Positions 9,914 to 21,138 are shown, numbered from the stretch's first letter. The stretch: DNA of 64,000 nucleotides from Alloprevotella tannerae (GCF_015259125.1 NZ_JABZGR010000005.1); one strand, 5' to 3'. Made by a program: numbers and translations. The notes: a model not told the origin generated them from the sequence alone.

Positions 9914-11263
9914 TTAGCATTGCTTACGTATGCGCCATTCCGATGGATAGAGGTTGTTCGCTCTGCTTCCGAGATTATTGAGGAATCCTAAGTTTTTATC
10001 TTCATAGGTAGCAAGCAAATATCCTCGCTCTGTTGTCTCCAAATTCAATGCTTCGTGTCGCAGATAGGCAATGGCTTGCTCATAGTTTAATACCACTTTC
10101 GGGAAGGTTTCGGGTGATACTATTGTTGACAGTGCCAAGTCAGTTAGCGGTATGAGCTTTTTGCCCTTTATTTCTGCTATGTTGATACCGGTTCTGACCG
10201 TTTTAATCTGCTTTTTGATTTGCCAAGCTATAGAAAGAAAATTCTCTTTCACACCTTGCACCATATTGTTGTCTGAAAGCAAGAAGGCTAAAGGTTCTTT
10301 AGCATCCACCCAAGTTGACAATTGGCGCGCAAGCTGCTGACTGACAAGTTCCGGACGCCATTTTGGTTTCTTTTCCGGCGCGGTTGCCGATGTCTTTCTC
10401 AATAATGCGAAGAAGATTCCCTCTCCTCGTGTGTAATGAGGGAAGAAATGATAGACGTGAAGACTATCTTGCGTGAGCGAACCTCTGATCTTCCACTCCT
10501 CTTTTATGGGAATTGGCAAGGTTTCTGCCCCCAATTCGCGGCATATGCGCTCAATATTGTCTTCGTTTTCCGCACGATTAAACGTGCAAGTACTATATAC
10601 GAGGAAACCACCTTCGCGCAAGGCGGGCCAAACGTCAGAAATAATTTCAAATTGCCTTTGTGCGCAGAAATCTACATTCTCTTTGCTCCACTCATCAATG
10701 GCTCCCGGATCTTTTCTGAACATACCTTCGCCGGAGCAGGGCACATCTGCCGCAATGACGTCGAAGCATCCGGGCAAGTGTGAAAAGGATTTGGGATAAT
10801 CCTCTGTGACAATTACGTCCGGATGTCCCCATTTCGCTAGGTTTTCTGCCAAGATCATTGCACGACGATGTATCGGCTCGTTCGCCACTAAGAGCGTCTG
10901 TTCCGGAAGTTCGGCTCTCCATAGCGTACTTTTTCCTCCCGGGGCAGCGCATAAGTCTAAGACGCGACGAGGCTCCTCCGGAAGCGCCTTAATAACTTGA
11001 GACAGAAACATTGACGACGCTTCCTGCACATAATAAGCGCCGGCGTGGAAGAGTGGGTCTAAGGTAAAAGACGGCCGCTCACTCAAATAATAGCCGGTCT
11101 CGCACCAAGGCACGCTTTCTCCGCTAATAGCCGTGGCTTTGTTCGGATTTACACGAATACTTGTGGGCGCTTCCTCACTTAAAGCTTTAATCAATGCCTC
11201 AGTTTCTTCAAGCCCTAACAAGGATTTTGTTTGAGATATAAAGGCTTCCGGTAAATGAATCAT
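9914..11263 (-). CDS. 16S rRNA m5C methyltransferase, RsmB/RsmF (Sun) family
   Basis: VLDLCAAPGGKST (motif I), DVPCSGEG (motif IV PC) and TCTF (motif VI). The C-terminal extension is typical of RsmF. Confidence 0.8.
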   Translation of the reverse strand: MIHLPEAFISQTKSLLGLEETEALIKALSEEAPTSIRVNPNKATAISGESVPWCETGYYLSERPSFTLDPLFHAGAYYVQEASSMFLSQVIKALPEEPRRVLDLCAAPGGKSTLWRAELPEQTLLVANEPIHRRAMILAENLAKWGHPDVIVTEDYPKSFSHLPGCFDVIAADVPCSGEGMFRKDPGAIDEWSKENVDFCAQRQFEIISDVWPALREGGFLVYSTCTFNRAENEDNIERICRELGAETLPIPIKEEWKIRGSLTQDSLHVYHFFPHYTRGEGIFFALLRKTSATAPEKKPKWRPELVSQQLARQLSTWVDAKEPLAFLLSDNNMVQGVKENFLSIAWQIKKQIKTVRTGINIAEIKGKKLIPLTDLALSTIVSPETFPKVVLNYEQAIAYLRHEALNLETTERGYLLATYEDKNLGFLNNLGSRANNLYPSEWRIRKQC

Positions 11264-11321
11264 ATTCGGAGAAAGAGAAGGGCGTAATGAACGTGTGTTT
11301 ACGAGTTATGATTGACTGTAA

Positions 11322-12137
11322 TCAGCGAGCCGTAATGTGGAAACACGATTGATGGGATTCATATTTGACATAGCAAGTGCCCATTTTTCGCTGGTCATCT
11401 AAGACTTCTGCTAAAATCGATTTCAACGTGACGCCCCATTCTGTCGGGATAGGCCGACCTTGTGGGTCGTAGACGCGCTCATATTTGTTGTAGCCAATAT
11501 CAAATGTGGTGCCGTATTGATGACAACTGTTGTCGCTGGCGTTATGGTTAAAGCGGCGCAACCTTTCGACGTCTTCACGAGTGCGCAACACTGATGTTAC
11601 AACCAGCCGGTGAAAGCCTACGCCTTTAGCAGCACAAGAATCTACAAAAGCACGTGCTATTTCGTTAAGCAAAACTGCCGCTCTCGGCACGAGATAAGGA
11701 ATACTTTGCTGCAGTCTGTTCACATGATAAAACGGGTTGTCCCCAATATAAACCAATTCCTTCTTACGTTTCATCGCCTCCTCTCGATTTAGTGCAATCG
11801 AAGAAAGCCCATTACGCTGCGCTGTGGCCAGTTGCACATCATTTAAGTCGGGAAAAGAAGTTTGAAAGTTGGGTACACTAACCACCTTGTGCTTAATCGC
11901 TTGGCCTGATGCATCCACTAAGTTGAGAGGCGGGCGCGCTTTGAGCAGCAGAGAGTCTACATGCTTACTTTGCAGGGCTATAGAATCATTGGCGCTGATC
12001 TTATTGTCTGTACCGCCCAGCTGATTGAGGATACTCTTGAGCGTAATATCCGGAAATACACATTTGATTACAAACAAGATTCCGACGATTGTAGCAAAGG
12101 TCAATAGGAAATGTTTGCGTCTATATTTGTGTTTCAT
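11322..12137 (-). CDS. M15-family (VanY-like) D-alanyl-D-alanine carboxypeptidase, membrane-anchored
   Basis: N-terminal TM helix. SCHQYGTTFDIG matches the VanY SxHxxGxAxD zinc-ligand motif. ESHQSCFHI matches the C-terminal E-x-x-H motif. Confidence 0.5.
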   Translation of the reverse strand: MKHKYRRKHFLLTFATIVGILFVIKCVFPDITLKSILNQLGGTDNKISANDSIALQSKHVDSLLLKARPPLNLVDASGQAIKHKVVSVPNFQTSFPDLNDVQLATAQRNGLSSIALNREEAMKRKKELVYIGDNPFYHVNRLQQSIPYLVPRAAVLLNEIARAFVDSCAAKGVGFHRLVVTSVLRTREDVERLRRFNHNASDNSCHQYGTTFDIGYNKYERVYDPQGRPIPTEWGVTLKSILAEVLDDQRKMGTCYVKYESHQSCFHITAR

Positions 12138-12440
12138 TCGACTTTGTTGAAGAAAGCTTATTGTTTATGAGCCAACAAAGATACTGAAAAAGCAGAAATG
12201 CGGCTTTCTTGTATCGGATAGATTTTCGTCCATTTTTGTTTTGTTCGCTTTGAAGTAGAAAGGCACAAATGAAGTATAATCTTCAACGCGCTCTGTCGGC
12301 ATAGACGGGCAGTAGATAGCAGCGCTTCTTTCTTCCGGTTATATCAGGCTTTATTGTCGTTGATTTTTAGTTGCTTAAAATCTTTTATTCGCGTAATGAT
12401 ATTCCCGCTTTTTGCTTTCCCAATCGCAATATGATGAGTT

Positions 12441-12522
12441 CTTCTCGTGAAAGGAAGCTTGTACGCTCACGATGGTACAAATGTACGCTCGTGAAGGGAC
12501 GTTTATACGCTCACGATGGTAC
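12441..12522. repeat. Dispersed near-palindromic intergenic repeat, copy A (two core units)
   Basis: tacgctcacgatggtac ... tacgctcgtgaaggga ... tacgctcacgatggtacg. Core CACGATGGTAC / GTACCATCGTG. Confidence 0.7.
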
Positions 12523-12841
12523 GAGGAAAAGTTTGTGCTTGATCAATCAGAATGTAGATCTTAGAGCGTAGATATTAGCTTTGAAATGTTTTTGCTGAAT
12601 GGTAGTCAAATAGTCCTACCAGTGTCTTATAATAAGTTCGTCTAAAAATAGCTCAAATCGAGAGCTGCCGGATTCTCTTTGTAATGTTTTGAGGAAACTT
12701 GCGATGGGAGTTCAACGAATACTAAGACGCCTGATAGTAAACGTCCATTCGCATCAAGATTGATCAGCTGCGAATGGACGTTTGTGATGTAGTTATGTTT
12801 GCAACAATACGACGCCGTATTTTTGATATTGGCTTTCAGGG

Positions 12842-13747
12842 TCAATTTTTTACGGCCTCTACCGTATAGCCCTTGTCTTGTAATAGCTTTAGTAAGCCAT
12901 TATCGCCCACTAAGTGGCCGGCACCGACAGCAAACAGCGTGGACTTTGCTTGCATGATCGACGGTATTTTTTCTATCCAAGCTCTATTCCTATTGTCAAA
13001 CAAATCTGCTCTCTCCTCAGGTGTCATATCGCAAGCGTTATGTAGCTTTTTGTCGATGACAGCCTTTATCGCGTTCAAGTCTTGTGCGAAATAGGCTTTT
13101 GCCATCTCGTCAGACATCTCTTCATAAAAGTCGGTATTGTCCACGAGGCACATCAATTGCGTGATTTGTCGTGGTAGTGGTGTTTTCTTAAAGAGTAAGT
13201 CCATCTGAAACTCTACTGTTTCTAATCCGTCAACTGACTTTCCCTGCTCTTTGGCTACTTTTTGGAAATATTCATCAAAGCTTTCTTGAGGATTAAATCC
13301 AGGATGCTTTGTAGTATATAAGACAACGGTAAACTGTGTGGTAAGCATAGCGGGCGTAAGCCTGCCCAACTGTTGCTTTACCATAGGATTGCTTAAATCA
13401 ACGCCAATGTAAGTCGTTAAAAAAGCATTGAGGCGTTTGGTCTGATCAGCTGTTAGGACTTGATCAATTGTTTTCCCATCGGGCAAGAAAGCTGCAGCTT
13501 GCATCTTGCTCATACCTTCCGGGTTTCTCATCAAACTTGCATCTACTTCACCACAGACCTGATCGACTGCTTTTATTGCCTGATGGATACCTGCTATGCT
13601 GTCAACGAACGTAACCGGTGCTAAGTGGAACGTACCAACGAGATAAGAAGACTGCTTCAAACCGTTGCCCGAAATTTTGTATAAGAGCTGCGCATAAGAG
13701 CAGATGGAAAAGCTAATAAAGATAGCTATTGAAATAAATTTTCTCAT
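12842..13747 (-). CDS. TraB/GumN family protein
   Basis: Signal peptide. AVGAGHLVG matches the conserved GxxHL motif of the TraB/GumN family. Confidence 0.7.
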   Translation of the reverse strand: MRKFISIAIFISFSICSYAQLLYKISGNGLKQSSYLVGTFHLAPVTFVDSIAGIHQAIKAVDQVCGEVDASLMRNPEGMSKMQAAAFLPDGKTIDQVLTADQTKRLNAFLTTYIGVDLSNPMVKQQLGRLTPAMLTTQFTVVLYTTKHPGFNPQESFDEYFQKVAKEQGKSVDGLETVEFQMDLLFKKTPLPRQITQLMCLVDNTDFYEEMSDEMAKAYFAQDLNAIKAVIDKKLHNACDMTPEERADLFDNRNRAWIEKIPSIMQAKSTLFAVGAGHLVGDNGLLKLLQDKGYTVEAVKN

Positions 13748-13778
13748 AATAGGTCGATGAAAATGTTTATGTAAAAAG

Positions 13779-15866
13779 TTAATATAATACTCCGGCAGGT
13801 TCAGAATCAGATGTTTGCTCTTCTTCTCGCTTCTCTTGTGGCTTTAACAGCGAAGGGTTGAAATTGCCTTTCTCATCAAACAAGCCGTAAGTGGTTCTTA
13901 ATACGCGAAATTCTGTGCGGCGGTTGAGTGCATTGCATATTTCCTGCTCCTTAGGCGGGAACTTCATAATATATGCCGTGGTTAGCGTGTCGCCTTCTTT
14001 GAGGAAAGTATACGTTTCGGCCAACTTCTTAGAAACGATTTTAGGATTTTTCTTCCCATAACCTTTAGGCGTTAGGCGCGCAGCAGGAATGCCTTGTGAA
14101 ATTAAATAATGTACGACATTTTCAGCTCGTTGTTGGGAGAGTCGATCATTGTAGGCGTCGGTTCCACGATAGTCGCAGTTGGAGGAAAGTTCGATCGTGA
14201 TGTGCGGATTATCTTTCAACAAGGCCGCCAATCGGTCAAGCGCAACCTTACTGCTGTCTGTAATCGCGGCTTTATCAAACTGATAGAAGACGTTTCTAAC
14301 AAGTACGGGGATATTCATATTGGGCAAAGGAAACTGAAGCACGTATTGATGCTCCGTAGTAGAGGAGTCGGGCACTAAAGTGTTGGCTATGTTCAGATAC
14401 CCATTGCACGTAGCTAAGAAAAGATACTTCGTATTTGCCTTTACCGGCGCTTCAAAGGATCCATTGGATAGGACACTGAGTTTTTTGTTTGTACCATCGT
14501 CGCCGATCATATAGACTACAGCCGCGGGAAGTTCGTAGCCATCTTGCTCATATACCCATCCCTTGACGCTCAATAGATAGTCGGGATAAGAAAACTCGTA
14601 AATCTTATCCCAACCTCGGCCTCCGGTGGCACGCGAAGAAGAGAAAAATCCCCGATTGCGCGCTCCCTCAAACGTAATGCCAAAATCATTGCCAGGAGAA
14701 TTCATAGGTGCGGGTAAGTGAATGATATTCCAGGAATGGTGAATGCTGTCTTCTGTAGCGCGATAAAGATCTAAACCTCCAAAATTGGGTGATTGCCCAT
14801 CTGAAGCAAAATATAATTCGCCATTAGGTCGGAAGGCAGGAAAGCATTCGTTGCCGGCGGTGTTGATAGATGGGCCCAAATTTTCGACCGGACCGGTTCC
14901 GTGCGAATTAAAGCTTGCTCTCCAAATATCCAAACCGCCATATCCTCCGGGCATATCTGATGCAAAGTAAATGAAATCTTCGTTGGGAGAAATTGCAGGA
15001 TGGGCGTAGGAGGATAGCGTGTCAGACGTAAGTTTTAGTTGTGTAGGCTTTGACCACGCAGCATCAGAACGCGTTGACTCCCAAATTTCTGCTAAACGCG
15101 GATATTGCGGGTCTTCGCGACAGACGGTAAGATACATCTTCGTGCCGGATGGATTAAATGCACAAGCGCCTTCATCAAAATTCGTATTAACGCCACCTTC
15201 GAGCGGTTCAGGCAGCTTCCATTTTCCTTTTTCATCTTTTTTGGAAAAGTAAATGTCGCCGGGCTTCAACGCCGTTACGCCTGAGAGGTCTGCACCTTTA
15301 ACTTGGCGTCGCGTCGTGGTGAAATAAAGTATTGAAGCATCCTTGCCAAAGAGCGCCGGACAATAGTCTGTGCGGCCAGAATTAAAGATGTTGGAAATTT
15401 TTACCGTGTAAGCAGAAGCTGTATTGTAGTTGTTTGCTGCATCCTCCGTAGTTGTGAGTTTTTTTGCGGCAATGGAGTCGTTAGGGAAAAGTTGCTGATA
15501 GGTATTATAATAGGATTGGGCCGCTTTATAATCGCCATTGGTCTTGGCAATATCTCCCAAAAGCAGCCAAAGTGTGGAGTCGCTCGTTCCATATCTTTCT
15601 GCGTTTTTCAATGCGCCTAATGCTCTTGCCGTATTACCATAGCGTAAATAACACTTACCCATTTGTAGGGATAGTTGTGCCCGTCGTTCTTTGTCTTTAG
15701 GCAACAATCGTTGATAGGCATTCTTGTAAAGTCCGGCCGCTTCTGCGTATTCGCCGATGGCGAGTGCGTTGTCGCCCCGCTTAATGATATGTTCGACAGG
15801 CGTACAACCTACTAACAGAAGGCTTGAAAGCAATAGGTAAAGATAAAATCGCATATCTATAGACAC
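13779..15866 (-). CDS. OmpA-family protein with N-terminal TPR repeats and a TolB-like beta-propeller
   Basis: C-terminal OmpA motif NCDYRGTDAYNDRLSQQRAENVVHYL. TPR-like YAEAAGLY...YKAAQSYY. 695 aa. Confidence 0.8.
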   Translation of the reverse strand: MSIDMRFYLYLLLSSLLLVGCTPVEHIIKRGDNALAIGEYAEAAGLYKNAYQRLLPKDKERRAQLSLQMGKCYLRYGNTARALGALKNAERYGTSDSTLWLLLGDIAKTNGDYKAAQSYYNTYQQLFPNDSIAAKKLTTTEDAANNYNTASAYTVKISNIFNSGRTDYCPALFGKDASILYFTTTRRQVKGADLSGVTALKPGDIYFSKKDEKGKWKLPEPLEGGVNTNFDEGACAFNPSGTKMYLTVCREDPQYPRLAEIWESTRSDAAWSKPTQLKLTSDTLSSYAHPAISPNEDFIYFASDMPGGYGGLDIWRASFNSHGTGPVENLGPSINTAGNECFPAFRPNGELYFASDGQSPNFGGLDLYRATEDSIHHSWNIIHLPAPMNSPGNDFGITFEGARNRGFFSSSRATGGRGWDKIYEFSYPDYLLSVKGWVYEQDGYELPAAVVYMIGDDGTNKKLSVLSNGSFEAPVKANTKYLFLATCNGYLNIANTLVPDSSTTEHQYVLQFPLPNMNIPVLVRNVFYQFDKAAITDSSKVALDRLAALLKDNPHITIELSSNCDYRGTDAYNDRLSQQRAENVVHYLISQGIPAARLTPKGYGKKNPKIVSKKLAETYTFLKEGDTLTTAYIMKFPPKEQEICNALNRRTEFRVLRTTYGLFDEKGNFNPSLLKPQEKREEEQTSDSEPAGVLY

Positions 15867-15980
15867 GTATTCTTGGCCTTTTTATTGTATAGACAATAAG
15901 AAAATAAGTAACTTTGCATATCGAAAGAATAAAACGGATCGAAGATAGAGCCGTATTTAGAATAAACGAAGCTCAAGCCA

Positions 15981-16532
15981 ATGACAGTACAAAATAATAT
16001 AGAAGAAAACGACCCCCGGCTCACTCAATCTGTGTTAGAATTGCTAACTGTCGCAACGGAATTTTGCCGTCAGGTAGAACGTGAAGATCAAACAACTGCG
16101 CAAGATTTAATTGACGTAATGCTGATCTTGCTGCCTATGGTTTATTTGAAGACCTCCTTGGTGAATGATGCAGAACCAGTTGATGGTTTTAATGAGAATA
16201 AAGTTACAGAAGGAGATTACAACCTCGTAAGAAATAGAATAGCAGCAATTTTGGGAGATCAAGACTCGTATTTAGACGTCTTTGTGCAGGAGTTTAAATA
16301 TTCTGATCGCCCCATACTTTGTACTATTAGCGAAGATTTGGCAGATATGTATCAAGCGCTGCGTGAATTTGTAGAATGTTACAGATGGGGTAACGAAGAA
16401 GTTAGGCAGGTGGCTCTCGCAGATTTGAAAGAAAATTATAAACTCTATTGGGGGCAGAAGCTTCTTAATGCTTTGCGAGCCATACATGATATAAAGTATG
16501 GCGATAAAGCGTTTGATGAGGAAAGTGAATGA
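15981..16532 (+). CDS. DUF5063-like hypothetical protein
   Basis: 183-aa acidic protein. The family call is from memory. Its stop overlaps the next gene's start (ATGA), suggesting translational coupling. Confidence 0.35.
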   Translation: MTVQNNIEENDPRLTQSVLELLTVATEFCRQVEREDQTTAQDLIDVMLILLPMVYLKTSLVNDAEPVDGFNENKVTEGDYNLVRNRIAAILGDQDSYLDVFVQEFKYSDRPILCTISEDLADMYQALREFVECYRWGNEEVRQVALADLKENYKLYWGQKLLNALRAIHDIKYGDKAFDEESE

Positions 16533-17131
16533 GAAGATTATTTGTACAGACAGAGAAAGACTTCGTTACGAATCTACCACGTTTCGTCTTTAATGGAGAA
16601 ATTAAAGTAATACAAAGGATAGAGGAGGTAGCGCAGGCAGTAGAGCGACTTTCTTCTTCAGAAATCTTAGGGATAGATACGGAAACACGTCCTTCTTTTC
16701 GCAAAGGGATAATACATAAGGTCGCATTATTACAAGTGGCTAATGAGGACTTGTGTTGTTTATTTCAGTTGAGCTGTTTTGGATTTGCGCCGGATTTAAT
16801 TCATTTATTGTCAAACAAAGCAATAAAAAAGGTCGGGTTATCTCTCAAAGACGACTTCTTTATGCTTAGTAAAAGGCATAAATTTGATCCACTAAATTGT
16901 GTTGATCTGCAAGACTATGTAAAAGAGATGGGCATAAAAGATATGAGTCTGCAAAAGCTCTTTGCGAATGTATTCCATCAGAGAATCTCAAAGTCTGCGC
17001 AGCTTTCAAATTGGGAAGCTTCTGTTTACACGCAGTCACAAAAACTTTACGCAGCTACTGATGCTTACGCCTGTCTGAAACTATATAAAGAATTGAAACG
17101 CTTGAAAGAGACAAACGACTATTTATTATAA
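16529..17131 (+). CDS. 3'-5' exonuclease (DEDDy / RNase D-like)
   Basis: Exo I motif ILGIDTETRP. Exo III motif YAATDAYACLKLY. Confidence 0.8.
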   Translation: MRRLFVQTEKDFVTNLPRFVFNGEIKVIQRIEEVAQAVERLSSSEILGIDTETRPSFRKGIIHKVALLQVANEDLCCLFQLSCFGFAPDLIHLLSNKAIKKVGLSLKDDFFMLSKRHKFDPLNCVDLQDYVKEMGIKDMSLQKLFANVFHQRISKSAQLSNWEASVYTQSQKLYAATDAYACLKLYKELKRLKETNDYLL

Positions 17132-17148
17132 TAAACCCGAGATAAGAA

Positions 17149-18333
17149 ATGCCTTACAAAACAATAGTTCTAAAAAGAGGAAAAGCTGACAGCTTAAGAA
17201 GATTCCATCCGTGGGTTTTTTCTGGAGCTATTCAGTCTCTTCCCAATAATTTAAAAGAAGGAGAGATTGTTAGGGTAGAAGATGCCTCCTCTCAATTTTT
17301 AGCTGTAGGACATTACCAAATAGGTAGCATTGCCATTCGCATATTGAGCTTTGAGGATGTTGTTGTTGATGATGCGTTTTGGGATGAGCGTCTTTCCGAA
17401 GCTTTAATGCTTCGACGTGCTTTGAACTTGTTAAGAGCAGACAATAATATCTTTCGTTTAGTTCACGGAGAAGGAGACCGTTTGCCCGGATTAATTGTCG
17501 ACATATATGGAGAAACGGCTGTTATGCAGGCACATTCTGTTGGCATGCATTATGCTCGTCATCAAATTGCCCAATCCCTGCAACGTATATTAGGCAAAAG
17601 CGTGACGCAAGTTTATTATAAAAGTGAGACAACGCTGCCTTACAAGGCAAATTTAGAAGAACTTGATGGTCCTTTGTTGGGAAATGCGTCAAATAATAAT
17701 GTCGCTGTTGAAAACGATTTGCGTTTTCATATTGACTGGCTGCGCGGGCAGAAGACGGGATTCTTTATAGATCAAAGAGAGAACCGACTTTTGCTGCAAC
17801 ACTACTCAAATAAGCGCTACGTATTAAATATGTTTTGTTATACGGGCGGCTTTTCCGTTTACGCCCTTCGAGGTGGGGCTCAGGAAGTCGTAAGTGTAGA
17901 CAGCAGTGCTAAGGCTATTGATTTGACCAATGCAAATGTCGCGCTCAATTATCCAAATTGCGATCACCACAAGGCCTATGCAGAAGACGCATTCAAGTTT
18001 TTAGATAAAGCTGATGATGCTTATGACCTCATCGTGTTGGATCCACCTGCCTTTGCGAAGCATAAAGAAGCCGTAAGAAATGCTTTGAAGGGTTATACTC
18101 GCTTGAATCTGCAAGCTATGCGCAAGATTAAACGCGGTGGAATTCTTTTTACGTTCAGTTGTTCCCAAGCTATCAGTAAGGATCAGTTCCGTTTAGCTGT
18201 TTTTACAGCAGCTGCGCAGAGCGGACGTTATGTTCGTATTCTGCACCAACTGCATCAGCCTGCCGATCATCCGGTTAATATTTACCATCCTGAAGGAGAA
18301 TACCTAAAAGGGTTGGTTTTAGAGATCATTTAA
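17149..18333 (+). CDS. rlmI: 23S rRNA m5C1962 methyltransferase RlmI (PUA plus class I SAM MTase)
   Basis: Size about 394 aa. N-terminal PUA-like region. SAM motif LNMFCYTGGFSVYA, then DPPAF. Confidence 0.75.
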   Translation: MPYKTIVLKRGKADSLRRFHPWVFSGAIQSLPNNLKEGEIVRVEDASSQFLAVGHYQIGSIAIRILSFEDVVVDDAFWDERLSEALMLRRALNLLRADNNIFRLVHGEGDRLPGLIVDIYGETAVMQAHSVGMHYARHQIAQSLQRILGKSVTQVYYKSETTLPYKANLEELDGPLLGNASNNNVAVENDLRFHIDWLRGQKTGFFIDQRENRLLLQHYSNKRYVLNMFCYTGGFSVYALRGGAQEVVSVDSSAKAIDLTNANVALNYPNCDHHKAYAEDAFKFLDKADDAYDLIVLDPPAFAKHKEAVRNALKGYTRLNLQAMRKIKRGGILFTFSCSQAISKDQFRLAVFTAAAQSGRYVRILHQLHQPADHPVNIYHPEGEYLKGLVLEII

Positions 18334-18471
18334 ACACACATTATTAAGCTCATTTCTCCTTTATTGAAGATTATCGTAGAATAAGAATTGCTGCACTTGC
18401 ATTTTTTCAGAGTGGAAATGGCTTGAAATACGTCAATTGGTATAACTTTGTCGCATAGAATTCAAATAACG

Positions 18472-19287
18472 ATGAAACAAACACTTGTCTCTTTGATCTT
18501 CATCTTGCTTTTAGCAGCTTGCAAGGGTAATAAAGTGGAAAATACAACGGCAGCTGTCTCGCAACAAGCGCAGGTAGCTGATTCCGATTCCTCACAGACG
18601 GAAAACGAACCGCCGGTTGCTGCAGATGGCTTCTTTGATGATTTCTTTTTCAACTTTCAAACTAATCAGGCTTTCCAGTCAAAGCGCACGACCTTCCCAT
18701 TGCCTGTGCAAGAAGGAGCAACGACTCAACAACTTGAAAAGAAAGATTGGAAATTCAATTCTTTCTATTCTAAGCGAGAGATATATACTATCTTGTTTGA
18801 TAAAAAGTCTGAGATCAAGACGGCTAAAGATACAGCATTGAAGGCCGTTGTAGTTGAGATGATCAATTTGAAAACGGAAAAAGTAGCTCAATATTTTTTT
18901 GAAAAGATAGGCAAACAATGGATGCTGACGTCTTTAAGGCATCAAAGTTTACAAGAGAATATGAACAAAGACTTCTATCTATTCTATCGAGATTTTGCGC
19001 AAAAGCCAAACTTCCGCCTGACCCACGTGGCCAACCCTTTTAGTTTGGTTGTTATAGATCCGGATACTTACAAACCTCTGCGCGGTGTTGCTGATGCCGG
19101 GCAATGGCCTGATTATTGTCCCGACTTACCTAAATACGAGATGACCAACATTATTTATGGTCAACGTTATAAAGATCCTCGCCATCGAGTTTTAGTCGTG
19201 AGCAGTATAAACGGTGCAATGAACAGCGTGATTTCATTTGAGAAGACAAAGACTTCTTGGCAGGCTGTGAAGTTAGAGAATAATTGA
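18472..19287 (+). CDS. Hypothetical lipoprotein
   Basis: MKQTLVSLIFILLLAACKG lipobox. No recognised domain. The ORF-track start at 18448 is probably too far upstream. Confidence 0.4.
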   Translation: MKQTLVSLIFILLLAACKGNKVENTTAAVSQQAQVADSDSSQTENEPPVAADGFFDDFFFNFQTNQAFQSKRTTFPLPVQEGATTQQLEKKDWKFNSFYSKREIYTILFDKKSEIKTAKDTALKAVVVEMINLKTEKVAQYFFEKIGKQWMLTSLRHQSLQENMNKDFYLFYRDFAQKPNFRLTHVANPFSLVVIDPDTYKPLRGVADAGQWPDYCPDLPKYEMTNIIYGQRYKDPRHRVLVVSSINGAMNSVISFEKTKTSWQAVKLENN

Positions 19288-20321
19288 TCATTTCGCCAAT
19301 GAAAGTTTTTCAAGACTATGATTTGAGGGCAAACAATACCTTTGGTGTGCCTGCGCGGTGTGCTTGCTTTCGAGAATATGCTTCCGAAGCAGAACTATGT
19401 GAAATAATAGCCTCACTTTCACAGCTTACGCCTCGTCCGTTGTTGCATATAGGAGGAGGAAGTAATTTGCTTTTCACCGGCGATTTCTCCGGCGACATAT
19501 TGCATTCAGCTATCAAAGGGCGAACGTTGGTTGCTGAAGATGAAATGTCTGTATTTATACGTGTAGGAGCAGCAGAATGCTGGGACGACATCGTAGCTTG
19601 GAGTTTGCAGGCAGGCTATTATGGTTTGGAGAACCTATCCTTGATTCCAGGAGAAGTCGGTGCGTCTGCCGTACAAAACATTGGCGCTTATGGAAGTGAG
19701 GTCTATGATTTCATAAGTGAAGTCCGGGCCGTAGACTTACAGACCGGCCAGTCGCGAACGTTTAAAGCGCAAGAGTGTAAGCCCTCTTATCGGTCTACAA
19801 TGTTTAAGTCCGAGTGGAAAGATAAGTACGCTATAACTTATGTTACTTATCATTTGCACAAGACGTTTAAACCTAATCTTTCTTATGCCGTAGTTAAAAA
19901 CGAGTTAGCTGCGCGCAATGTTGATACGGACCAATTGACGGCAGCTTTACTGCGGGAAATCATTATCGAAATTCGTAGTGCAAAGTTGCCTGATCCGCAA
20001 AAAATAGGCAATGCTGGCTCGTTTTTTATGAATCCTGTCGTAACGCAGGCCTACTTTGAGTGTTTGCGAGCTGTCTATCCCTCTATACCACATTATTTAT
20101 TGCCTAATGGCGTAAAAATCCCTGCAGCTTGGTTGATCGAAACTGCGGGATGGAAGGGGAAAGCTTTAGGGCAGGCGGGCGTTTATGCCCAACAAGCCCT
20201 GATTTTGGTCAACTTAGGCCATGCAAAGGGGCAAGACATTAAACATTTAGCTGAAGCTATACAGCAATCGGTCAAGGAAAAGTTTGACATTTCACTTAAG
20301 CCTGAAGTTCTTTTTATCTAA
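19284..20321 (+). CDS. murB: UDP-N-acetylenolpyruvoylglucosamine reductase
   Basis: FAD-binding GGGSNLLF. MurB C-terminal region. 345 aa. Confidence 0.85.
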   Translation: MIISPMKVFQDYDLRANNTFGVPARCACFREYASEAELCEIIASLSQLTPRPLLHIGGGSNLLFTGDFSGDILHSAIKGRTLVAEDEMSVFIRVGAAECWDDIVAWSLQAGYYGLENLSLIPGEVGASAVQNIGAYGSEVYDFISEVRAVDLQTGQSRTFKAQECKPSYRSTMFKSEWKDKYAITYVTYHLHKTFKPNLSYAVVKNELAARNVDTDQLTAALLREIIIEIRSAKLPDPQKIGNAGSFFMNPVVTQAYFECLRAVYPSIPHYLLPNGVKIPAAWLIETAGWKGKALGQAGVYAQQALILVNLGHAKGQDIKHLAEAIQQSVKEKFDISLKPEVLFI

Positions 20322-20373
20322 ACAGAGCAGGTGTATTTCGTTTATAGTGGGTGTAATAAAGAAGCCGTAAGAA

Positions 20374-21138
20374 ATGAATTTGACTTTTTTAGGAACCGGA
20401 ACAAGTTGCGGTGTGCCGGCTTTAGGTTGCACCTGCAAGGTTTGCCAATCGACAGACTCGAGAGATAAGCGCTTACGCACTTCCGCATTATTAGAGAGCG
20501 AGGGTGGGACGCGGATTTTAATTGACTGCGGCCCCGATTTTCGCGCTCAAATGTTAAATCGTCCATTTAAGCCTTTGGATGCCGTACTGCTGACGCACCT
20601 GCACTATGATCACGTTGGCGGCCTTGATGATCTGCGCCCATTCAGCTTTCGGTCTTCATTACCGATTTATGCGAACCAAGTTACGGCGCGATCGATTTAT
20701 GATCATATGCCTTACTGCTTCCAATCGCATGCGCAGTCAATAGTTCCACGTTTCAAACTTAAGGAAGTGTCCGCTTACCAACCGTTTGCCGTCAGAGAAT
20801 TAGTGATTTTGCCTCTCCTTGTAATGCACGGAAAAATGCCAATATTAGGTTTCCGCATTGGCAGCTTTGCTTATATCACGGACATGAGCCATCTTCCGGA
20901 TGAGAGTCTCCAACTTTTGCAAGGCGTAGAAACGTTTGTTGTTAATGCTTTACAATTAAAAAATACGCATCCCACACATCAGAACATTCCGCAAGCACTT
21001 CAGCTGATTGCAAAGTTCAATCCGCAACAAACTTACTTAATCCATATGAGTCATAATGCCGGATTTCACGCAGATAGTAGTAAGTTTCTGCCACCTAATG
21101 TCGCGTTTGCCTACGATGGCTTAGAAATAAAATGTTAG
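20374..21138 (+). CDS. MBL-fold metallo-hydrolase
   Basis: THLHYDHVGG (HxHxDH). Confidence 0.8.
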   Translation: MNLTFLGTGTSCGVPALGCTCKVCQSTDSRDKRLRTSALLESEGGTRILIDCGPDFRAQMLNRPFKPLDAVLLTHLHYDHVGGLDDLRPFSFRSSLPIYANQVTARSIYDHMPYCFQSHAQSIVPRFKLKEVSAYQPFAVRELVILPLLVMHGKMPILGFRIGSFAYITDMSHLPDESLQLLQGVETFVVNALQLKNTHPTHQNIPQALQLIAKFNPQQTYLIHMSHNAGFHADSSKFLPPNVAFAYDGLEIKC